Assembly (NCBI GenBank): GCA_013265495.1
Contig: MU057887.1
Span: 2,451,576-2,515,575, forward strand
Reading direction: 5' to 3'
DNA length: 64,000 nucleotides
Source of the DNA: Vicugna vicugna
Taxonomy: Eukaryota
In this document: piece by piece, positions 1-12,760 of the stretch
How the letters are laid out: each line of letters begins with the position of its first letter
Position numbering within the stretch: the stretch's first letter is position 1
Translations under genes and position numbers: made by a program
The notes under the pieces: model-generated
Told to the model about the DNA's origin: nothing
Seen by the model: the letters and a program-made list of their open reading frames with translations, nothing else
Databases searched by the model: none

Positions 1-133
1 CTGACTTATTTCACTTAGAATGACGATCTCCAGGTCCATCCATGTTGCTGCAAATGGCATTATTTCATTCTTTTTTATGACTGAGTAGTGTTCCATTGTG
101 TGTGTGTGTGTGTGTCTGTATAAATAACACAAC
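1..133 (-). mobile_element. L1 LINE fragment (ORF2 C-terminus), young cetartiodactyl/camelid-type; continues off the window edge
   Basis: Reverse complement reads CAATGGAACACTACTCAGTCATAAAAAAGAATGAAATAATGCCATTTGCAGCAACATGGATGGACCTGGAG, the L1 ORF2 end (MPFAATWMDLE). It contains (TG)n at 97-115. Confidence 0.92.
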
Positions 134-139
134 TTAAAA

Positions 140-204
140 AATCACTGTTAATTAAAGAAAAACTAGATATCTCAAGTTAACACACTTAGCACTTCTCTGT
201 GTAT
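140..204. mobile_element. possible short ERV LTR fragment
   Basis: AAAGAAAAACTAGATATCTCAAGTTAA...TTAGCACTTCTCTGTGTAT resembles a recalled segment of artiodactyl ERV LTRs. Short and by eye only. Confidence 0.3.
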
Positions 205-542
205 AGTGTGAGGTAATCAAATTAAAATGAGCTACAAGAGAGGACCCTGGCCCAATCACCGGGTCCTTAGATGAGAAAGCACTGTGAAGACAGACACACA
301 GGGAGAGGCCGTGGGACATGGGATGACAGAGGCAGAGATTGGAGTGACACGATTACGAGCCAAGGGTGCCAAGGACACAGGCACCACCAGAGGCTGGAGA
401 GACGCCTGGGATGGGTCCTCACAGGGTTCCAGAAGGAGCCTGACTTCAGGCCCCAGGCCCCCAGACAGTGAGACTCCATTTCTGTTGCTCTAAGCTTCCA
501 GGTCCGTGGGCCTTCGTTGTAGCTGCCGAGGAGAACCACACT
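205..542 (+). mobile_element. MLT1 (ERVL-MaLR) LTR, MLT1B/C/D-like
   Basis: Diagnostic blocks GAGGTAATCAAATTAAAATGAG, GACAGAGGCAGAGATTGGAGTGA, GAGCCAAGG, CCAGACAGTGAGA..ATTTCTGTTGCTCTAAGC. Confidence 0.85.
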
Positions 543-957
543 GAGTAGGGCGGAAAGGCAGCCGCATACGACGCTTGACTGAATCCTCGATTTTTACAAG
601 AAGGGCAGATGGCTGTCAGCGACGTTCTGACCAAGACTTGGGAACATTTGAACCAGGGCTGGTGGTCAGAAGGCTGCCCCCGTTTTCAGCTCCTGGGGCA
701 GGAGGCTGCGCAGCTCTGCAGGGACACCCGGCTCCCGGCAGCCCCTGCCCCTTCTGGCAGCAAAGGGGTGTGACGTCTGCAACTTGATTTCAAATGTTTC
801 AACAAATGAAGGAGAGAGCGAAATAAAGAGAGTGCCCTGGGACCTCAGCCCTAACAACAGGGGACGAGGCCCAGCAGGTATGGGCATTTATGCGATGGTC
901 AGCTTTGCTTTGGATTTCAAAGTTTTGTAAAATGATTTGAGGATAAAAAGTTGAGTT

Positions 958-1358
958 AATGTCCATTGACAGATGACTGGATAAAGAAGTTGTGGTACAT
1001 TTATACAATGGAATACTACTCAGCCATAAAAAAGAATAAAATAATGCCATTTGCAGCAACATGGATGGGCCTGGAGATCAACATACTAAGTGAAATAAGC
1101 CAGAAAGAGAAAGAAAAATACCATATGATATCACTTATATGTGAAATCTAAAAAAAAAAGACACAAACTTATTTACAAAACAAAAAGAGACTCACAGACA
1201 TAGAAAACAAACTTATGGTCACCAAGGGGGTGGGGAAGTGAGGAGGGATAAACTGGGAGTTTGGGATTTGCAGACACTGACTACTGTACATGGAATAGGT
1301 AAACAGCGAGGTCCTGCTGTGCAGTGCAGGGACTGTATTCAATACTTTGTAACGGCCT
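958..1358 (+). mobile_element. L1 3' fragment (ORF2 end plus partial 3' UTR), camelid-like
   Basis: ORF 966-1151 translates as TDDWIKKLWYIYTMEYYSAIKKNKIMPFAATWMGLEINILSEISQKEKEKYHMISLICEI, the L1 ORF2 C-terminus, followed by a typical 3' UTR. Confidence 0.95.
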
Positions 1359-2939
1359 TTGGCATCTGGAGTGGGTGCGGGAGGTGCCCCACCTCCTCTG
1401 AACAGACAGTGGTGCTCCGCCAGCACCAGACTCGGGCAGGACTGCTTCTTACTCATCCAGCTGGACAGAAATGAGCGCAGGGCTGTGCTCTGCCCCACAC
1501 GTCTGGGAGGGGGCAGACACACACACGCGCTCACACGCACACACAGAGCTACGCCCCGCTCACAGCCGCAGCCGTGATGTGCTCCGAGACCTGTCACACC
1601 TGCTGCGTGCGGAGCCTGGTGAGTACAGAGCCCGGTGAGTTCAGACCCCGCCGTGCAGGCAGACAGGCGGCAGGGTCCTCCCGCAGGAGCCAGCCGAGCC
1701 CGTCTCCCCACGGCCTCTTCCCTCTTCCCTTTCCACCTGAGGCCTTACGGCACAGTCGTCAAAGCGGAGCCTCGGCGCAGACACCAGCTGTTGCCCTTGG
1801 CTGTGAGCATCTGCATCCTGGCCCCTGGCCCTTTGCTGTCCCACCCGAGGTCCTCAGCAAGGAGGTTTTACAGGTTTGCTTAACCCCAGGTAAGCAAAAG
1901 CGGTGTTTCCTGGAGCTCCCTCTTGGAAAGGAGTTGGAGTCAGCAAGGCTGCTCCCACCTCAAGAAGCTTCTAGAACAGTCAGGGCCTACGAAGGGATGC
2001 GGGGGGCTTGGCCCATCAGCCTGAGCCCCACCCCTCATAGATGCCCGCACCGTGTCCTCTTGAGGGCATGTGTGTGAAGAGATTTAAATGCAGCCAGGAA
2101 AGATGCAGAGGACATAGGATGAAGTCAGGGTGGACTGGCCAGTGCCCCGGTGGGTGGTCCCTGTGCGTCCCCTGCCATCGGCCCTCCGCCATCGCAGCCA
2201 CTCTCTCTGTGGGAGTAAGAGGCTCCTCCCCGGCCTCCTGGGGCACGAGGGTGGAAGGACCTCGCTGCTGGACCCAGGAGCTCCCCCTCCCTCGCCAGGC
2301 CCCCCCACCCTTCCACACCCTGTGAGCAGAGGCAGGTGGACTGCCTGTCACCATCATTCATCTCCAGCCGGTGCACTCTGACTGACATCGTGTCTTCCTG
2401 ACAGATCTTTCATGAGATGCTCATTTAGTGAGGGTGTTGGAGTCTGTGGCTAGTGGACTCCGAGTAGCGCGTTGGCCAAAGATGTGGCACCAACTTGTCC
2501 ATCTCAGAGGCAGGAGGTACTCTGTCTTCCTCCATGAAGTTCAGAGGCGGCACCTTCCGGCCTCTGCGCACTCGGGGGCCAGCGCCGCCGTTCCTCGGGC
2601 CCCCGCGGGTTTGGCGGGCCTCTCTCGCCCCCACAAACCGGTAGGAAGCAGCTCCCCCTGCCTTCCTCAGTCCAGGCAGAGCGGGCTCATGTCCAGTTTA
2701 CACAGTGCCGTTTGGTGGGGAAGTGGCAGGTCCGCTCTGCTGATGGCCTTCCCGACGCCGCAGCCCTGTCCACTGCCCCAGGAAACTGCTGGCTCCTTGG
2801 CGTCCCCGGGGCAGCTGACAACCAGGCGCGAGAAGACCCCGCCTCTGTGCTGCGCTGACCGGGGGAAGCAGGGCTGCGGGAACACCCTCTCCTCCTTATT
2901 AAGGTCACGGAAGCCTTTTTCTCATTCAAGGCTCACAGG

Positions 2940-3540
2940 GGATGAAAAATGCATTTAATTTCCCCGCGGTTGCGCACCTTCCACCTTGCCTGAGACGGCT
3001 GCTGGAAATTAACGTGCACCTAGGCGTCTGATAATTTATTGATAAGAGCCCTGGGTTCTGTCCCTTTGAACTTCACAGAGAAAATGAGCAATTGTCATGA
3101 GGACAGCACCCTCCCAATTTTGGATCCAGCAAGGCAGCCAAACCCTATCCATCCCGCGACGGCACGCCTTTAATTAGCACCCGATCCGAGTCTGCGCAGC
3201 CCCGCGGTGCGTCACGGGCCGCGCTGGACCTGTGAGCCTCTTTTTAATTTCCAGCGATGAGCTGGGGTGATGAGGACGGCCGTTTTACGTGTTTACACTG
3301 ATTGCTTTTTCATTTACTCCACTTCCTATTATGAAACGCACGTGGGAAGTTGTCCTCGGAGCTGCTTAATTGAGTTCAAGTTGTGTCACTGGACATCAAG
3401 TGACATTAAAAGCACGTTCTGCCTCAGCTAAGTTGTTATCTGGCCCTAAACCAAATGGATCTCAATTGTTCAGATGAGATGCAGCAGATAAACTCATGTG
3501 GCGAAAACGCGAACTAAACCGTCTTTGTCGCGTTGACCGT
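2940..3540. promoter_or_regulatory. candidate conserved non-coding element / enhancer
   Basis: Repeat-free AT-richer island in GC-rich DNA with TGATAA x2 (3029-3045), CCTTTGAA (3063-3070), TAATTA (3171-3176) and TGTTTAC (3290-3296). Confidence 0.45.
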
Positions 3541-6500
3541 GTCCGCACTGCAGCCGAGGGCGGGGATGCACCCGGATGAGACACTACATCTCTCCCACAG
3601 AAAACATCTCAAGGCACGTTTTAAAATGTGAACGCTCCCAAGTATCAGACAAGCGTCTGCCACGGACCAGTCATCCCGTTTGGTGCCACGTGACATGAAA
3701 CACCCCTGGTCACACAGCAGCCCTGAGCCCAGTGTCAGCGTCGCACGTGGAGGATGGAGGGACAGGCTCAGAGTGGCAGGAGGGCGGGTCCAGGGTGGCA
3801 CAGCCGGCAGGAGGCAGGGCCGTGAACCCAGGTCTAACGCCAAAGCCCTTCCCACGTGCCAGCCAGATCCCCGCCCCCAGGCCTTGGCAGACCACCCCGC
3901 CATCAGCAGTAGTCGACCAAGATACCAAAGTTCCACGTCACAGCTCTACTGACAGGCGTGTTGCTGTATCTGTTGCCCGCAAGTTCCGGCTCTGCAGCCG
4001 AGTCAGAGTCAGCCTGGAGGCAGGATTCCAGGTCACTGCACTCGACTCAAATGAAGAGGATAAAAGCGGGCAGAGAAGCCAATCAGGCCACAGGGAAGGC
4101 CACGCAAGGGGTTCTTCCTCCAGGACAACCTTCAGGAGGCCTGGCCACGGTGGCCCCGCCAACGGCCGGAGACCCAGTGTCTGCACTTGGAAATCCCTTT
4201 GACAGCCAGAGGGGTCCAGGCTCCGAGAAACAGCCTCCCAGTGGCCGTGGCGGGCACCTGCCTCGGCACAGCCCTCTGGCCTCAGCCACCACCTCCATCC
4301 CTGGGTCTGCTCCACCCGGGCCGTCTCCAGCCCCAGGCACGTGCTCTTCAGTCACTGCACAGGGGCGTCCTCATGCTCCCAGAGACCCGATCCTGGCTGA
4401 GCACTGCCCGCAGGCGGGCTCAGACCTCGGAGGCGCCAGACATCACGCACAGGCTGATGCAAAGGACGGACGAGAAGCTGGGAGTCACAGGGCAGGGTGC
4501 TAACGCGTGAGGGGTGCGGCCTGGGGCGCTGGTGCTGCAGCCAATCAGACTCAGGACGGGGGAGAGGATCTCAGGTGGGTAGAGAGCACGTGCAAAGGGC
4601 CGGGGGCACTGAGCCGCCTGAGGTTTGTAGGCGTGGCTTTTCCAGGCGATTAAGGGAGACTCATCAGAAGACGTATTTATTCAGTTGGTTAGCAAACCCC
4701 CCGTCCTGGGAGGGGGACGCTCCCATCCCGAGAGCAGAGGTGACTGCAGGGCGAGGGGCTGACTGGACCCCAGGCGAGCCACGAGGCGCCTGAGCTCCCC
4801 ACGCGGTTTATGACCTTTGACCCCAGAGCACTGCCCTGCCCTCCCTCCCCCACTCACGACAGCTGCTCCTGCCGCTCAGCCTGTGTTTTCCCACATAAGA
4901 CTTTTGGCTAAACGTGGACCATTGTTTTAAAAATACGAACCTCAACGCACGCCCGTGGGGGTGCATCACCTGCGGCACTCCATCGCCCGTCCTTAAGCGC
5001 GTCCGCGGAGGTCTCTGCTCGCCGCATCTGTTCCCGCGTGCTGGGCAGTGGCGCGGGCGGAGGCGTGCTTTGCGCAGATGTCCACGTGGGTGAGGGGGAC
5101 TGTCCTGCAGTAACGGTGGGGGGGCTCTCCATTCACTCACCGAGCGGGTGTGGAGTGAAGGCAGCCAGGCATGGAGAGGCGTGGCGCAGACCCAGGCCAG
5201 GGGTCTCGGAGGGCTGGCGGAGGTGGGCTGGGTTTGGGTCGTGTAGGAGCAGCCGAGGAGCGCCACCTGTGCAGGGACGTGGAGGCCCAGAAACAGTAGC
5301 ACCTCCGTGCCCACAGGGGCCGGGAGAGGCTTCCCAGAGCGGGTGGGGCTGAGCTGGGCTTTGGACGTGCACGCAGGGAGCTGAGGGCGAGGGGCGGGTG
5401 AAGGCTGGAGGCTTCGGTCTGAGAGCAGAGCGTACGTTTCCCGGAGAAGTGAGCATGGTTGGGGGGGGAGTTTGGGGAGGCAGGCAGAGGCAGGGGATGG
5501 GGCAACGTGGGGGCTGTGCACACTCAGAAGCCTGTTTAAACTGCTCACATTACGCGCAAATCCGCAAAGCAGGAGGACCCCGCACACCCAGCCCCTCCCA
5601 GCATGTCTGCTTCAGGACGTGGGATCTGTTGCCAAGTGTCCAGCCTCCTGGACCTGGGTTTCCCCTGACAGGAGGTGTCTCATCACCACCGACGTCGCAG
5701 GAGCTGTCCTCTGTCCCGGTTCTGGCCCAGTCGAGCCCTCCAGCAGCTGACACAGCTGAGGCAGCGGAAAGATGCGGCCCCAGCCTCAGGCTTGGCCATG
5801 GCTTCTGCACGGCTGTGTCCTGGGACCCCTGCTGGGTCAGAACCGGGGACCTGATTTCCGCCTGGTCCTGGCACCATGCCCTCCTGGGAGGGAGGCTGAG
5901 CGCACTGGGCTGGTGGCTCTCCGAGGCGGGGGATGGGGGGCCTGCGGGATCCCCGAGGCTTAGGACGATCAGAACGCCTCAGCTGCCGCTTCCCTCCTCA
6001 GCCCCTAAATCATCTCCAGAGGCACATAATTAAACCACAGATCAGATAATCTAAGGGCTCTGGTTTGTTTTGTTCTGTTGTATCACATGTCACAAGTCCG
6101 GAGTGGTAAGCAGCTAAGCTCTCCCACTCAAACATCGCCTGGCATGACTCACAGTCCTCTCCCGACCAGCGGGGCACCAGCCGCAGGGGGCCAGCCGGAA
6201 CAGACCCACGCTCAGACTCCGGGGCCTGGGCTCCACCCCTGCGTCTTCTGTAAGAGGGGATGAAGCGGCCCGACTGCCCGGGGCTGCGAGGCGTGGACGC
6301 GGCAAACACGCGGTCATCCTTTTCAGCAGCTTGTGCTCAGTTTGTGTGCTTGTGCGTTTATGGAGACGAGATGGGGTCCCGCCAAGACCTGGGAGTCACG
6401 TGACCTCCCTGGGTTCTGTCCTCCCACCTGCGATAATGGGCCCTTCCTCCCCACCGCCCCGTCCCTGGGGAGGTAACTGGGCGAGGCAGCGGCAGCAGCA

Positions 6501-7009
6501 AGCACAGGTGCGCACACAGGGCGCCCCCACGGGCCGGTCTGTGGGCAGGGCTGGCGGGCGGAGAGGAGACGAGGCAAGGGGGAAGCCTGGCTCACAGCAG
6601 GAAGGTGCAAGTGAGCGGGTTCGCAGCGCCTGGCGCCGTCCTGGGCTCGCAGCCTGGGAGTCCCACGGTCGGAGCGACGCCAAGCACAGCCTGCAGGACC
6701 GGAGCCCCTCCTTCCTGCCTGGCCGGCGGCAGCCAGGCCCCACTGGGTCCTCTGTCTCAGGAGGTCTCTGGCCCATCGTGAGCCTGCCTTTGCCGCGTGA
6801 GGCCTGCCTCCCCAGCTGCCCCCAGGGCGCGAGCCGGAGCCTTCCTTTGTGGGGGGCCGGTGGTCCTGCCACAGGGGTTTTGAGCCGTTTCCTCCTCATG
6901 CTTCCACTCTGGAACCTTTTTTTTTTTCAATCTGTCGGGGCCTGTTTTTCTTAGATTATTTTAGTTTATTTAAAAAATGATTTATAAAAGTTATTTTATT
7001 CTAATGTGC

Positions 7010-7150
7010 CATCCCTTCATTCATTCATTTACAATTCTTTTTAAAACTTTTCATTTATTTACTTTTTTCTGTAGCAACAGTGCAGTTTCTGTGCTGGGAG
7101 CCAGAGAGACCCAGCCCCGAGGCGTGACGTTGTCTGGTGGGGGCAAAGCC
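7010..7150 (-). mobile_element. L2 LINE 3' end remnant
   Basis: TTCATTCATTCATT tail followed by a degenerate CTGTGCTGGGAGCCAGAGA segment typical of antisense L2 3' ends. Confidence 0.45.
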
Positions 7151-7162
7151 AATTCAGCATGG

Positions 7163-7222
7163 AGTCACAGCGGGCCAGGCGACGGGCTGGGAAGTCACAG
7201 CAGGCCAGGTGATGGGCTGGGA
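7163..7222. repeat. 30-bp tandem duplication (2 copies)
   Basis: AGTCACAGCGGGCCAGGCGACGGGCTGGGA / AGTCACAGCAGGCCAGGTGATGGGCTGGGA. Confidence 0.9.
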
Positions 7223-7259
7223 TTTGTCCGCCTGTGAAAAGTGGTTTTAGGGCTGTCAG

Positions 7260-7560
7260 GAGCATCAGTAAGGGTCACACACATTGGTTTAAGGAATAAA
7301 GCCCCAGACACGTGTGGCAGAACGCAGTGGAGAATTCCTTCTCATGCGGAGGCCTTCCAGGGTGATTCAGGGACCAGGCTCCTGTGTCAGTGGCTGTGCA
7401 GTCCCCGAGGGCCTCGGGCACCTCTGCATTTAGTCATCGTAAAAGGAAACAGACGCGTCCTCTCAGCCGGGAGTGTCAACACACTGGTGAGAATGGGTCG
7501 CGTGGCCTTAACCAGCTGCAAGGGGATTGGGAAGTGTGGTCTGGCCAGCTGTGTGCACCG
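7260..7560 (-). mobile_element. old MLT1 (MLT1J/K-like) LTR fragment
   Basis: GTGATTCAGGGACCAGGCTCC and CAGCTGCAAGGGGATTGGGAAGTGTGGTCTGGCCAGCTGTGTGC match the antisense of old MaLR LTRs. Confidence 0.65.
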
Positions 7561-8199
7561 GGGCAGGCGGGACGGGGGGCCACGCCCAGGCACCCCCTTG
7601 CTCTGGGGCAAGATTTGTCTATTGGGCGATTTAAGGCAAGTGCTCACCCCCGGCCCTGGGGATTCCTTCTGCCAGGAGATGAACCCAAACGCAGCTCCTT
7701 CAGACCCAGCGTGGAGCACTTTGTTTGATAATATAGCAGCTGTATTCCACACAGGCACAGGGCATCTATCCCTTCATGGGGCTGCATCTTCTCTGGTCGA
7801 GTCACCAAACTAGAAGATGCGGGGTCTGGGCTCAGAGGAAAGAAGGAATGGACAAGGAGGGCTTCTACCCCAAGGCTGAGCACTGTCCCCTGACACGTGC
7901 CAAGAAGCAGGACAGGGGCCAAGGAGACCAGGAGGCCAGCGGGGACACCTGTGAGGACTGAACTGCGAGAACCAAATGCAGGGTTTTCTCCCCTACATGG
8001 TGGTCCTTCCACGGTACCGTCAAGCTGGTGGACACTTCCTCTTAAATGTCACAGCAATCTGGACATAGTGCTCCGTCTCCACTGCCAGCAGCCTGGTCCA
8101 AGCCACCATCCTGCCTGGACTCCAGAAGCAGCTTCCCAATGGTCTCCCTGTGTTTGATTCACTCTAAGGCAGACACCGCATAGCAAACGGAATCATAGC

Positions 8200-9930
8200 T
8201 TAAAATATAAAGTAGGCCTCAATATTCTCTTAGAAATATTTCCTGATCATTCATCGAGATGTTAATAATATTTAAAGGCTGGAATTGGTCCAAATGCACA
8301 TGGATAGGGGCTGTGGGACCGGCTGTGGTGTCTGCACACAGCAGAGGGCAACATGGCAGCACAGGGCGTCAAGAAAGCATTCTCTTCACTAACAGGAGTC
8401 ATCGCCAAGATATATCACTGAATTAAAAAAAAACAAAACAAGAATAACAATGCTCTAAAATGTTATTTTTTCTGCAGAAATGGAAAAGAGTGGAATAAAA
8501 CAATAAGTCAAAAATGAGTTAAAATGCAGAAGGGAGGGTAAGGAGGGCAAAGATAACGACCCTCTGAAAACACCTTTTTTACAGATTTGATTTTGAAACC
8601 ACATAAATCTTTAAATGCTTCTATTAAATCAAAAAGAAAATGAAACCATAAAAACTTGAAAACAGCCTGAAGTGAACTGTATTTCAAATTGGTAGCATGC
8701 ACACACAGATAAAGTAATTACTATGATTGACTTTCAGTTTGGCATTTCGACTGTACCTCAGTAGAGGAATACATCCTGATAAAAAGAACGTGTCAGAAGC
8801 CTTGTTGGTAGGAGCAGCATCGTTACTTTGAAGGTGTCTCTTATGTGTTTTCATGACAGGAACACGCAGCAGTCACACTGCCGTCACTGGAGTCGTGACG
8901 CCCGGCAGAACAGAGAACAGGGGCAAGCGGAGCAAAGGAGGTTAAAGGACAGTCCCGCAGCCGTAAGTCTGATCTGGAAGTAGTGTGAACTAATGACTGT
9001 GTCTCTTTGAAGATGTCTCTTGAGCCCGTGTTTCTCAGCTCAGCCTAGTGCGGCTGCGCAGAAGCACTGGCAGCCCAGAGCAGTGCGCACCCTCAGACCT
9101 GCATTATGTTCTCTAAGTACGGCTTCCCACTGGGCAGAATCAGGGCTCTTCTGATCAGTGGCTCAGCCCGGTCGGCAGGCAAGAACCTCGCCAGGTGAGC
9201 CTGGGGAGTATCGCTGTACCAGAGGCTGCAGAAGCCTCCGACAGGGGGTGTGGCTGTGTCAGAAGGACGGGCCTGAGGAGGTCATCTGAGCATCGAAAAG
9301 AGAATGGCGTCAACTGAAAGCATTCTTAATTTACAAGGACATTCAAAGGCAAAATAAAAGTCCCCGTTGTTGGCTGCTAAGGTAACCGCGCACTCTTCAA
9401 AGCCATCAGGGTGCAACCCCCCATGAACCTGTAGTCGCGGTCACTGATGGATGCTGCGAACACAGCTGGGAGTTGGCGGGGGCGTGATGGTGGAGGGGTC
9501 AGGCTGACAGCACCTGACCTGTCCATAATCTTGACCCAGGTGAGTGACACGACCAGAGGGCACGGGGCTCCTGGGACGATGGAGCGAGTGCAGACGGCCA
9601 CCCGAATAAACTGGAATCTCGTCTCTGGGTCTAACTGCCACTTACTGGAAATTCAGGGATTATAGAAACCTTCTGAAGAACAGAGGAAAAGAAGCGATGG
9701 GGACCCGAGAAGCTCCGCAGGCCCAGCGACCCGGTGCTTCCACAGCACGTTTGGACACACACCCCTCCGCCTCCGCCCCAGAAAAGGAAGGAGGAGCTGC
9801 TAAAGACGAAATGAGACTCAAGAGGTGATGACTGAGTGCAGGTGTCAGCTGATCTGGACTCCAGTGAAACACACAGAAAAAGACACTTTGCGACACAGAG
9901 GACATTTGGACATGGTCAAGTGAACTCAAT
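8200..9930 (+). mobile_element. ancient L1M (L1MC/L1ME-like) ORF2 end and long 3' UTR, fragmented
   Basis: Colinear degenerate blocks: GCAGCCCAGAGCAGTGCGCACCCT..TCTCTAAGTAC..TTCCCACT..AATCAGGGCTC..AGGTGAGCCTGG, GATGGATGCTG, TCTAACTGCCACTTACTGGAAAT, GAGACTCAAGAGGTGATGACTGAGTGCA. Confidence 0.65.
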
Positions 9931-11919
9931 CAGTGGCCTGAGGCCACTCTTTCAGCAAACGGCAGAGTTGGGACTCAAATCTGGGACACCGAAGTCCTCC
10001 CGTTTACGCGGCACCATGACTCCCCTCTTGGGTAGAATATGGATTTAATAGGAAAAAGCCTGTTGAGGGAGCCGGCGTCTAACAAGAGCTGACACAGAGC
10101 GACCCTCAGCACGGTTTGATGAGTGAACGAACGAATGGCCGAGCAAAGGGCCCTGAGCCTCGCGGACGGAGAGCTGCCGCGGTGTCCGCTCCCTGTAGCA
10201 CCGCGCCCCAGGGGCGTCTGAAGCTGAGGCCGATTCAAAGTGACCAGACTCTCCGACATCACTCTGGCTTCCTGAAGCCACGCGGAGCTGGCTCTCCTTT
10301 TGGAAGCAGAGCAATCACCCTAATGAGGATGGGAACCCAGACCTCATTTCCACGGTCAGTTAGGAAGCCGAGAGCCCCGTGACTGGGGGCGTCTCTGGTT
10401 TCCCGGGAAGCAGCTCATTTTGCTCCAAGCCCACACACACTCTCCCGAGCCGGGTGCCGGCTGTGGGACAGCAGGTACCTTGAGGAGAGAGAAAAAATGG
10501 GTTTGGGGAATGGAGCCTTTTCGCCGACCAAGCACAGCAGGAATCCTGTCACTGGAGGATGCTGGCGGGTGAGCGGGGAGGGGAGAGGCCCCGGGCGGGT
10601 GCACACGGCGTGGCTGCCGTGACTGAGGCGATGGCCCTCCCGCGACACAAGCTGAGAGCTCTGGGCTCAGCGATTCCACGAGCGGGTAGAGCCAGCAGGC
10701 CTTAGTCAAAACGGACCCCTGGGGCGAACGCCTCCTGCTCGACAGGAGGGAGCACGGGGCCGGCCTCTGCCCGGGGGCGTCCAAGGTGCGGTGCGGCTCC
10801 TCTTGAAGGTGGCGGGCTCTCTGAGCGCCATGCAGGGCTCCCCTCCAGGGACAAGCAGCACCCAGGATGACCGGGGCAGGGGGCGGATGCAGCTGGAGAC
10901 CCGCCACGAGGGAGACGGTGCTGAGACCCCACTGTCTGGTGGGTCCCCAGGGTCCACTCCTGCAGGTCCCTTGGCTCAGTCCGCAGCCCGTCCCCCCCTG
11001 CACAGAGCATCGTCTGGGGGCCTGGCCTTGGGCGAGTGTGACTGGGGTTTGGTGTGGGACAAGGAGGTTCCTCAGAGGACAAGCTCAGGCCAAGGCTGTC
11101 CCAAGGCTAGAACATGATGTCAGGCTTGCAGGCTGCCCCTCTCAGGCCGTCTGCGGCTCCAGGGTGGCCGTCAGCAGCCAGCCTGCACTTGGTGAGGGAC
11201 AGAGAACTGGAGAGAGCCCGTGGCTCCCACCAGCAGAAGGATGCGAGCTGCCTGCATCCCTGTGCCCCTGGCACCTGCGGAAGGCGGGGGTTCCACGTGG
11301 AGACTTCAGGCCAGAGGGCTGTGATCCCTGCCTACCTGCCCCTGCCCATCCTGGGGGAGCGACACCCCACCTGGGGCTGCACAGTGGGCTCCTGGTCCCA
11401 CCCTCCACGTCCACCAGAGACCCCTGCCCATGGTCAGCGGATGCCCTCCTGCCTCTTCTCCATGGCGGCCGCCCGGGTGGGGCCTCTCCCGGCCGTCAGC
11501 TCCACTCCCGGTGTCCGCCTCTCGCTGCACCTGCCCACTCCTTGCTTTTCCAGGAGGAATCTGCTTTCATCTCTCAAGTCTCCCTGTCTCCACAAGATTC
11601 CCCTTGAAGTTAGGGCTACAGGCCAGGCCGTCCCAGACCCTGGGGAATCGGGGCCTCCGAAGGTTCCCCACTGAATTTCCACTGCCCCTCAGTCCTCCCT
11701 GCCCTGGAATTATTTCCAAATAAGACCAAAAGGGCCTGTCGTTTCAATCCCATCACAGATGGTGACTTACGCTCAGCACTGTTCCAGGCGCTGGGGGAGT
11801 AAACGTGGACCCCCGTCTCCGGGGAAATGTGCAGGTGCGGGGTGCGTTCAAGTCCCGACTGGCTCTGGAAAGGGCTGGCTCCCACAGGTCCCTTGACAAG
11901 GAGAGTTCAGGGGGCATTT

Positions 11920-12760
11920 TCATCCTTTAAAACGAAGTGCCCGTGAGCGCCAGCTGCCTGGCGGTTGGAGCGGAGCCAAGTGCCCACCTCGCGTCCCGGG
12001 TCCCCATCAAATGCCCTGCGGATTGGCTGGAGGATGACGTGACCTCACCTTGATTCAACCTCAAAATGACCCAATTCCTGCAGCTTCAAATAGCAAAATA
12101 CGATTTTCATCTCTCACAAGGGCAAAGCAACTGAACCACGGATGACAGTAAAAGGGACGTGGCAAACCAGGCGCTCCTGTTTTTTGGTGGAAACACACAC
12201 TGCAGAGGGCTTTCGGGAGCGACGGGAGAGCAGGCATGCAGGCGTCAGCCCTCCAGACCTCGGGGTCCAGGAGCCCGCCCCGCAGAAACGCGGCCGGCCC
12301 GGAGCGTGACGCGCAAGCCCGCTCGCGCCAGGGCCGTCCCCGTCCCCGAGAGAAAACACTGGGGAAGGCAAACGGGAGATGCAGGTGGCTGAGTGGACGG
12401 AGAGGGTGTCACGTCGCCGTGAAGGAGGAACGCCCGCCCCCCCCCCAGTGACCGCAGCCCGAGTGGAGGGCGTCGCTGCGGCCCCGCTCCAGCGCGCAGT
12501 GCCCGCGACTGTGACACGCGCCTGGGAGGGAGCGCGCTGACTCAGTGACAAGTGCTTCCGGGAACGTGCGTCAGGAGGGGTGTGAACTCCTGTATTTTGC
12601 GGGTGTTTTTTAATCAACTGTTACTATTTTACAATTAAAAACACCTGGGGAAAAAAGTCTTGCATGTTAAGGTAAACACTGTCTGCTGATTCAGACAATC
12701 AAGTGAATGAGTCCTTTGTCTTTATTTAATTTGCTTAAAACCTGAAGGACTTGAGAAGCC
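11920..12760. promoter_or_regulatory. candidate regulatory element: CpG-rich core flanked by motif-rich AT segments
   Basis: CpG-dense 12200-12570, TGACTCA (12538-12544), TTCCGGGAA (12556-12564), TGCGTCA (12567-12573), GTAAACA (12672-12678). No repeat recognised. Confidence 0.4.
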
